Shown here in pieces: positions 57,301 to 64,000 of a DNA stretch of 64,000 bases. The notes beneath the pieces are model-generated. The model ran no database searches, was not told the DNA's origin, and worked only from the letters and a program-made list of their open reading frames with translations. A program made the position numbers and the translations under genes. Position 1 is the stretch's first letter, and each line of letters starts with the position of its first letter. This DNA comes from Macrostomum lignano (lineage: Eukaryota): NCBI GenBank assembly GCA_002269645.1, contig NIVC01000109.1:62001-126000 (forward strand). The letters run 5' to 3'.

Positions 57301-57939
57301 TCTGAATTTTTATTGATAGCTCGTACTCTGCATGGCCCACAGATTCTAATGCTCTTCACTTTTATTCATTCTGACTGACAGGTAATTCCTGAGCCCTATC
57401 ACACAGGCAGCAACCGGGGCTGGATTCGGAGAGTGCGACTCATTCATCGGTTTTCCGAGCGGCAAACTGAGGTTGAGGTCACTTGCAAGCTCAGCCAGCC
57501 TTACTCAGATGTTCTCAACCCATTCCCAGCTCTAACGATAAAAAGAACATTTCAGGGTGCTTTCGGTAAGTGTCTGAGTCGGTTTGATATCGATCCCATC
57601 CCAAATCCCAAAAACACAATTTCTCCTTTCAACAAAAGCTGCAGTATATAGATGGTCATTAACTGTCACGCCGGCTCCGACAGTTGCTGTACTCTGCTGC
57701 TTACTGGCCGTAGTTGCCGTGGCAACTGTCGCTGCTGTGCTCAAGAGGAATCGAGCTGCCGCTAGCGGTCGAAGAGATGGTGTCGAGCTGCAGGCCACTG
57801 GGAAACCGAACGACCCTAGCGTGAGTTGAGCAGCTTCATTGTTAACTTCAATACTTCATTCACGGAATTTCGCTAATGTTAAAGGTACATCCAGCAAATG
57901 TTTTTCTTACAGACTGTGTACTACGAAGCGGACAACTGA
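42384..57939 (+). CDS. Receptor paralog E: signal peptide + F-type-lectin-like domain + ~10 Ig domains + TM + short Tyr tail (multi-exon, apparently intact)
   Basis: Exon 1 at 42384-42444 (MDFSVNLAIFFICTLCCVGY). Intron 1 contains the Maverick. Lectin exons at 50648-50866, 50958-51151 and 51222-51518. Ig exons run from ~51600 to ~57565. TM exon at 57645-57820 (VAVLCCLLAVVAVATVAAVLKR). Terminal exon at 57913-57939 (TVYYEADN*). Phases were consistent throughout the manual walk. Confidence 0.82.
42540..43060. repeat. ~21-bp intronic minisatellite (ATATGGAAGGGCGAGTCGGGG), left of the Maverick
   Basis: Direct tandem units; continues at 49802. Confidence 0.96.
43061..43194 (+). repeat. Maverick left TIR
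   Basis: Near-perfect reverse complement of 49668-49801. Confidence 0.95.
44721..45258 (+). mobile_element. 5'-truncated LINE (RNase H C-terminus plus zinc-binding tail)
   Basis: WLQWIPSHIGIQGNEEADQEAK...LRCGH...CSFC...H...C, a (CA)n tail, and a 10-11-bp TSD (A)CAGCAGCAGC. Confidence 0.85.
45320..45690 (+). repeat. 90-bp coding tandem repeat x4
   Basis: AEVSLSDLIRDMDSGPAPPPPPPPTEVQPA repeated. Confidence 0.95.
46600..47060. repeat. 7/8-bp satellite (CCGATTC[A])n inside the Maverick
   Basis: Direct observation; abuts and truncates the capsid-like ORF. Confidence 0.96.
47040..47501 (-). pseudogene. N-terminal fragment of a Maverick minor capsid (penton, PX)-like protein
   Basis: IICSENAEGTPSDFHFHLPSPIYLDRNVDYEAGLAEIHLPAAWFNV resembles the Maverick minor capsid N-terminus as recalled (F...LP..i.L....evaL.ei..p..w.n). 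It lies directly downstream of the integrase and runs into the satellite. Confidence 0.6.
47514..48593 (-). CDS. int: Maverick c-integrase (DDE) with C-terminal chromodomain
   Basis: WEMDLVEM, RTDQGKEF and IIERWNRTLK motifs; chromodomain VIEKVL...YLVKWAGY...WVDEKDL; uninterrupted. Confidence 0.95.
   Translation of the reverse strand: MFLKMEKIYFNPNQPASYCSSSKLQHELRKRGEHIGVKSIEKWLSQQPVHTLHKPARVRFPRAPIIVRAIDDQWEMDLVEMIPFAKYNRGHKYILTCIDVLSKFAMARALKSKSAAEVKSAFESMLKSSKRQPRTVRTDQGKEFVNAIFRQFCIDRGILAFPTSSEHKAAIIERWNRTLKSKMWRYFTHNSTLQWLDVLPKLVKSYNNTFHRSIKTTPMNVSKANETEVWMNLYDGKAIETVEKLRKPKFCENQSVRISNAPRLFRKGYKANWSEEVYTIVFRAPKHYPYMYRIRDMKGEDIRGLFHEHELQAVPDSQRLYVIEKVLKTEKRKGKIRYLVKWAGYKSTDWVDEKDLRKV
48756..49519 (-). 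pseudogene. Tandem PC4/Sub1-like ssDNA-binding-domain protein with a 1-nt frameshift
   Basis: From ATG 49519: MDIGEGYKLQIQEYEGVMFIAIRKFY...LKPG, shifting into FNLNIRQWEKLKEL. A second unit, VPLTPPLWRKLWQYADWIDEQL, resembles the PC4 consensus ISL...QW..L....ID. Confidence 0.6.
49668..49801 (-). repeat. Maverick right TIR
   Basis: Ends CTACTACT, followed by TSD ATGGAG. Confidence 0.95.
49802..50540. repeat. ~21-bp intronic minisatellite, right of the Maverick
   Basis: Same unit as 42540-43060. Confidence 0.96.
51785..52190. repeat. ~39-bp intronic minisatellite (~10 units)
   Basis: Reverse complement of the 27865-29190 unit, in the equivalent intron of E. Confidence 0.96.
55113..55388 (+). 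mobile_element. tRNA-derived CORE-like SINE
   Basis: Same family as 17365-17645 (A/B boxes, GTGTCCTTG core, GCTGCGGCTGAGCTGTCGGTTGCACA 3' part). Confidence 0.85.
56452..56730 (+). mobile_element. tRNA-derived CORE-like SINE
   Basis: Same family; core reads TTTGTGTCCTGAGCAAGACACTTAACTCTACATTGCTTCAGTTCTCCCAGCTGTAAAATGGG. Confidence 0.85.
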
Positions 57940-58160
57940 ACGGCTTAAAAAACTGGCTTCTGTGTCTGAACTCTGACAATTAAACTGAACTTTTTTGTAA
58001 GACTTTTAAGATTACGGTTCGTCGATGGCTTTCTGGTTTAGCATGTGAATATTTATAATTTATTTATTCTTGTGATTTCAGCATTGTTTTTGTTTAATCA
58101 GAATCTGAATGTTTGGCATGCAAAAACATTGAATCAGGCAAAGCATTAAAACATTTAAAT

Positions 58161-58359
58161 CAGGGGTGGGACAACTCCGGCATGCCAAGCCTCTCTATCC
58201 GGCGCTCGGGGTCCTTTGACAGTCGGCAATAGCAATATGGCGCGCCTAAGGTTTGTGTCGCTTCTCAGCTCTGTTCTCTCTAATCTCCTCCCTTCTCTCC
58301 TCTCCCTTCTTTTCTGTCCTCTCCTTTGGCCTTTGAGGTAAAAGGTTTGCTGACTCCTG
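58161..58359. mobile_element. hAT-like MITE
   Basis: Degenerate TIRs CAGGGGTGGGACAA.../...GTTTGCTGACTCCTG; 8-bp flanks ATTTAAAT/ATGTAAGT match at 6/8. Confidence 0.65.
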
Positions 58360-58690
58360 ATGTAAGTCATTAAACGAATTAATTAAACTATTATTTTTAA
58401 GAGTTAATTTGCACTAGTAACTGCCTATTTATTCTGAACTGATTAAAAGACTTTTGTTATTATAACCAGAGCTATTAAATATGTCGGATCCCTGCGAATC
58501 CTATATGCTTTTTTTTAAACTTCAAATATTAATTGATTGAAAATGTACGCAAAATGAACAATTCAATTATGATTTGAAGTTTAAATTTCATAAATTCCAA
58601 TACACGACGCAGTCAGCTAAAAATAAGTTGGCAGATCTGTCTCGTATTTATAACCATAAACAGTTTCAATTTAACCACAGAGTTTCTAAC

Positions 58691-58753
58691 CACGGACTAC
58701 TTAAGTAGTAAATAGTAAGTAGTAAGTAGTAAATGACAATTAAGTAGTCCGTG
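58691..58753. mobile_element. 63-bp micro-MITE
   Basis: Perfect 14-bp TIR CACGGACTACTTAA and perfect 8-bp TSD TTTCTAAC. Confidence 0.8.
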
Positions 58754-59467
58754 TTTCTAACATTTATATTTCAAACAATTATTCACTGTATGGTGGACAA
58801 GTTTCTGTTTATAAAATTTGGGTCTTCCGTTAGATGAATATTGCGAAGTTCTGCCGTTCACTGTCGTATGTGAGTGTCAAATCAGTCCTGATCTGCATCA
58901 AAATATGGCAACTGAATGTATTTGAATAGTTGGCATAATCTACTTATGGTAATTTAATGACAAGTTCGGTTTTATAAATGCTTGCAACAAGCAAGCTTTC
59001 GATCGACTACATGAATTTCAAAATAGCTTTCATATCCTCAGGATTATTAACAATCAGTATTGTCAAGATAAATTTAAAAGAAAATTGATGTAGCAATACA
59101 CACAACTACACATACATAACTAACAGGCCCTTTTTAATAAATTAAAATTTTGCATCTTTGTGAATTCTCTCCATCTGAATTCCATTTATCGGTCGACAGT
59201 CTAGAATTCAATAATTTCAATAATACCCTAAACACGCTGCTGAAAGTAGCTAATTTAGCCTATGTGCTTCAAGCATTCATAACAAAGCAGGTAAAGCTTT
59301 ACTAAATGTCGCTTCAATGCAGTCGAATATTGTCGGTCAAACTCCAAGTACTTTCTGATGTACTTTTATGAATGTATTTTAATTCGAGACAAGAATTCCG
59401 TTAATTAAATATGGCATAAAAGACACAAAGCCAGGAGTATCTTCGACTCGGAGCGGTACCTACAAAT

Positions 59468-59822
59468 CAGGGGTCGGCAAACTCCGGCCCGCGAAGCTTC
59501 TCTATGCGGCACTCAGGTCCTTTGAAACTTCACCTTTCCTCTCCTCTCGTCTTCTCTCCCCTCCCTCCTCTCCTTTCTCCTCCCTCCCCTCCTCTCCCCT
59601 CCCTCCTCTCTCCTCTCCTATCTTTTCCTCATCTCTTCCCTCTCCCGAGTCTCTCCTCCAACTTTCTGTCTTAATATTGTGTCATCCTATCTCTCGCCCT
59701 CCTCTCCTCTCCCTTCTTATCTCTCATTTTCTATTCTCTCTCTTTTCCTCTCTCATCTGATCCGCAGCCATGAGCTGGATTTCTTATCTGGCTCTTGATG
59801 TAAAAAAGTTTGCCTACCTCGG
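59468..59822. mobile_element. hAT-like MITE with internal polypyrimidine expansion
   Basis: CAGGGGTCGGCAAACT...AGTTTGCCTACCTCGG; related to 58161-58359; TSD not recognisable. Confidence 0.65.
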
Positions 59823-60174
59823 GTATAGCTCGCACATGAATAAATAAGGTAGGAAAGTGATAGATCGACATTGTTTTAGGCGGTTTAAAAATGAAGGGAA
59901 TTTAGCCCGGATAACTAAAAGCTTCAGTTTAAGTTTGCAAGCCTCTTAAAAAGTGTTATTAAATATTCAGTATATGCGATATACTGCAAGCGTTTTCCTC
60001 GAGTAGGCATCAACAGTGTCCAGTTTCCAATTTGAGCTTCGTGAAGTCTCAAATCAAATTCATCTCTGCATTTGTACTTCTGCAATTTTAACAAAAAACC
60101 GATTTTCAATAAACAGAAATGGAAGCTCCAGACCAGATTAAGGAGCTCTTGCGTGTTTTTAACCACAAACTCAC

Positions 60175-60323
60175 CTGAGTCGGTTCGCTCTTAGCGGCAG
60201 CGCCTGTTTCGTTGGCGGAGCGCCTTCGTCTCCACACAGCCGCGGCCACCAGAGCGCAGACTGCGGCAGCCACGGTAGCCAAGCCGCCACCGACTGCCGC
60301 CAACTGGACAGCGCTGGGACTCG
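60175..60323 (-). other. Orphan transmembrane exon of the same receptor type
   Basis: ttccag acceptor and GTGAGT donor, phase 1 to 0 like the other TM exons. Encodes SPSAVQLAAVGGGLATVAAAVCALVAAAVWRRRRSANETGAAAKSEPTQ. Confidence 0.6.
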
Positions 60324-60799
60324 CTGGAATTCAAAAGCAGAGAGAGCCACAGAATATACAAAAAATACACGTGCAAGCAGCACAAGCTAATCGAAAAGTC
60401 TTTTACGCTTATCCTTATCTCTTTACATTGACTTTTAATACATATAGCCTAGGGCGCTTAGCTTAATCTAAGTCAATTTAATTGCACTACTTTTCGCCAC
60501 CTTATCATTAGTAGTCTATGAACATTTTATTCCGATAACTAGTTTAAGCGCTGATTCACCATTCTGTGTATATTCTGTGGAGCTGCCATAGACTACTAGG
60601 AGTAGGCACTCATCAAAATTAAAGAGTGACATGGTCTATAACAACTGGCGTTTAAAACTAAGATAGTAAAAATCATTTTTTTTCATCACATATTCGAAGT
60701 TTCATTTTCATATTGTTATCTATTTATTTCACAAGCATAAATATGTAAATACTCACAACAAGTGTGGCATTAGCTGAACTGTCTGTTTTGTTCCCTCCA

Positions 60800-61050
60800 A
60801 GGACAGGCTCACCTACCTCGGTCCAAACCCGGACCTCTCCGAAGTTTTCAGGCCCGAGAATCTCTGCCAGCTCGTCCGCTACCTAAGGGCTACCGGGCGA
60901 TCGACCATCCACCTCCTGGTCTCTCCGGAGGGGACACCGACCATGCAGGGTCTCCCTGCGCGACACCGCAGCACCAGCTGTCCGTGGTTGGCAGGGGTTA
61001 TCGGCATGGACGCCAAAGCCTCATTGCTGCATCCGGACCGACGGAGACCC
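60800..61050 (+). mobile_element. LINE 3'-end remnant duplicated with the upstream region of paralog G
   Basis: Similar to 41738-41995; homology to the E upstream region continues through exon 1. Confidence 0.65.
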
Positions 61051-61485
61051 TGCAGCTGAGTCAAATTAAAGTAAAAGAGTGCGAACTTATATCTGCTGGT
61101 GTCTTTGTCTTCGTCTCTGAGCTGTTGAGGCAAATTTGTCATACTTGAACATCGCTGCAAAATGCAATTGGCAGAATTTTACACATCTTTTTCAAGTTTA
61201 ACCTATGAAAAGTGAGAGCGTACAGTGCTGCGCAAATGTGAGAGTAAGCAGAGTTCCATGACAAGTAAAATTCAACCAAACTGTAAAAACTAATTAATAG
61301 CACGTACAACTATGTCTGAAAAATAAAGATTTACGTCGCAGCATCGTAAAGTGTATTGCCGTATTTTCAAAGAGTTCCATAGTACCATTTTTTTGAAAAA
61401 AGTTATTTGAGACTGAAGCGATTACAACGTAGCCACATAGCAGAAACCCAGTGCAAAAATATCCGATACACAACGAGAAGTCAGA

Positions 61486-64000
61486 ATGGATTTCTCTGTG
61501 AACCTGGTAATTTTCTTCATATGCACCTTGTGCTGCGTTGGATACTGTGAGTACTTATCAACATATGATTGCTTAACCTGAGACCAGAATTTCGTATTGA
61601 CCAGCACAACAGATATTTAAGGGCGAGTCCGGATGTGGAAGGGAGAGTCCGGGATGTGGAAGGGCGAGTCGGGGATATGGAAGGGCGAGTCGGGGATATG
61701 GAAGGGTGAGTCGGGGATATGGAAGGGCGAGTCGGGATATGGAAGAGCGAGTCGGGGATATGGAAGGGCGAGTCGGGATATGGAAGGGCGAGTCAGGGTT
61801 ATGGAAGGGCGAGTCGGGATGTGGAAGAGCGAGTCGGGGATATGGAAGGGCGAGTCGGGGACATGGAAGGGCGACTCGGGATATGGAAGGGCGAGTCGGG
61901 GACATGGTAGGGCGAGTCTGGGACATGAAAGGGCGAGTCGGGGATATGGAAGGGCGAGTCGGGGACATGGTAGGGCGAGTCGGGGATATGGAAGGGCGAG
62001 TCGGGATATGGAAGGTCAAGTCAGGATTATGGAAGGGCGAGTCGGGGATATGGAAGGGCAAGTCAGGATTATGGAAGGGCGAGTCGGGATATGGAAGGGC
62101 GAGTCGGGGATATGAAAGGGCGAGTCGGGGATATGGAAGGGCGAGTCGGGGACATGGTAGGGCGAGACTGACATCGAAGAGACTATCGGTGTCATTATGC
62201 AGCCATAGTGAAGAACGACTTCGCCATCAGGAAATCCAAGGTCATCACACCTCACCTAACAATGCTGCAGGCGTTGGCGTCAACATAACAGCCAAGGAGA
62301 TTTCTGACGCATGGCAATCTTCCGCATTCAGACAAGGCTGCTTCCGTGACTCATCAGCCAGACCATGGCAATGGGACTATTTTCACTCCAGCAACACTCC
62401 AGATGCTTCTGGCTACCAGTGGCTGCTTGTGAAACTTGCTCGATGTGTTTCAGTGCGCTCTGTGATTGTCCACCGAAGGAATGTCGGTGAGTTGTCAATT
62501 TCAAGTAGCTGTTTAAACTAAATATTCAAATGAACAGCCATTTTTAGATTAACCATGCTTGAATCAATAGCTATGGTTTCAGACAAAGTCAGGGCCCAGG
62601 GCATCGAGGTTCTGCTCGGCCACCAGATGCCGGCAGGTCTGACTGAGAGTCCACTTGACTGCATCGCGAGTTTCAACCACAGTCTGACCGAATTTTACCT
62701 GTGCGGAGTCACTGGAAACTTTGGCAACTCGAACTTTTCATACAAAATGACCTGCGCAACTCGGAATTATTCCAAGGTTTGGCACCCGCTTACTGGATCC
62801 ATTCGAGATTCGAACTCGCTATCCTCACTTTTGAATCCCATTGCAGCTGCCGAGGTTCGTGTTGCTGAGGAAATTCGTTGCCAATGCAGCCGACAAGTAC
62901 ATGAACTTCGTGATGGTGGAACTTGAGGAAGATGAACAAGATGAAGCACAGGAGTCTGGCTGCTTTAGAGAATACTTTTGCAAGCCAGAAGGCAGAAAAA
63001 GATGCTCTGTTGAACAATTGTCAAAACTGACGCAAAGTGACAAGGTGATGGTTAAAGAGTCGCTGCCATGCAAGACAGAGAAGCCTGACTCAGTGAACTG
63101 CAGCATCAGAACCCGTAGCGGTGACGTCATTCCCTTGAGAATCGTAAGGACTGAATCGAAATCAAATTGCAGTGTAAGATGTAAAACAGTATTACATTAA
63201 AGTTTCCCTTCAATCTTACAGAAGACTTATAGACCCAGCTTCCTGATTCTGAACGACACTACCGTAACTTGGGAACTGCACGGTGCGTCACTGCAGTGCC
63301 GGCACAGCTGCACTGATGGCACTCTGGCGGTGACTTCACAGACGTTGGGACTCCGCGGTTGGAAGTCGATCAGTGAGTTCTGAATGTGGGGCGTTGACTC
63401 TATTCTGGGAACTTTTTGGGGAAGTAGCGAGCTGTTTGTGTTCTGGGGATTATTGGGGAAGTAGCGAGCTGTTTGTGTTCTGGGAAAATTTTGGGGAAGT
63501 AGCGAGCTGTTTGGGTTCTGGGGAATTATTTTGGGGAAGTAGCGAGCTGTTTGTGTTCTGTGGAATCTTTTAGGGAAGTAGCGAGCTGTTTGTGTTCTGG
63601 GGAATTTTTGGGCAAGTAGCGAGCTGTTTGTGTTCTGGAAAATTTTGGGGAAGTATCAAGCTCATTGGCCCCTGTGTTGCGCATAAACTCGGAAAATTTC
63701 AGAAATCCCATCGTCCATTCAGCTGAACCTTGGCTTCACTAAGTACTGGGTGGTCAACAGTACTGCAGTTTTCACATTCATCACTCAAGGCTCGTTTCCA
63801 ATGCCTGTGCACAAGTGTTCGGTGGCAATTTCTGTATCGAGTTCAAATGATTCGATTAAACAACTGAACCTGACATCTGAAGTGAGAATAAAACTTTCAA
63901 GAACACTTTTAGGCAAAATTTTCATTATCTGAATGGAAGAAATCTTTGACATTTTGAATTTTAGAAACTCACCACAAGGAGCAGAAATGCGAGCTTTGAC
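61486..64000 (+). CDS. Receptor paralog G (partial, runs off the window): signal peptide + F-type-lectin-like domain + Ig1-Ig2
   Basis: Exon 1 at 61486-61546 (MDFSVNLVIFFICTLCCVGY); exons at 62271-62486, 62583-62776 and onward closely match E and C. Confidence 0.82.
61620..62165. repeat. ~21-bp intronic minisatellite without a Maverick insertion
   Basis: Same unit as in intron 1 of E; represents the empty site. Confidence 0.95.
63400..63655. repeat. ~39-bp intronic minisatellite (~6 units)
   Basis: Same unit as 51785-52190. Confidence 0.95.

Noticed and set aside
42384-57939. Calling the Ig genes nephrin, hemicentin or Dscam orthologues
   Set aside because: No FN3 domains or long conserved tails are seen, there is an N-terminal lectin-like domain, and the paralogs are divergent local duplicates. 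No gene symbol is justified.
59924-60110. Tyr-containing ORF as the cytoplasmic exon after the orphan TM exon
   Set aside because: An in-phase acceptor exists, but the sequence is AT-rich, intron-like and unlike the other tails, so it is unsupported without RNA data.

Overview
Eukaryotic (invertebrate metazoan-type) genomic DNA with many short GT-AG introns and a very high repeat load. The GC-rich retroelements and intronic minisatellites are reminiscent of a flatworm such as Macrostomum, but this is inference only. The host content is a tandem/inverted cluster of at least five paralogous multi-exon genes (A-G below) plus an orphan transmembrane exon. Reconstructed by hand, they encode type I membrane receptors: signal peptide, N-terminal F-type-lectin-like (fucolectin/F5-8C fold) domain, 3 to ~10 C2-type Ig domains, TM helix and a short tyrosine-bearing tail. 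One tail carries two TxYxx[V/I] ITSM-like motifs. Paralogs mix near-identical heads with different stalks and tails. Mobile DNA includes an intact young Mag-like Ty3/gypsy element with identical LTRs, a decayed relative, solo LTRs, a partial gypsy element, and an RNase H-bearing LINE disrupted by a foldback element. It also includes a 6.7-kb integrase-bearing mini-Maverick/Polinton with TIRs and a 6-bp TSD, CORE-like tRNA SINEs, MITEs and about ten different mini/microsatellites. Exon models were built manually from splice motifs, reading phase and paralog comparison and need RNA-seq confirmation.
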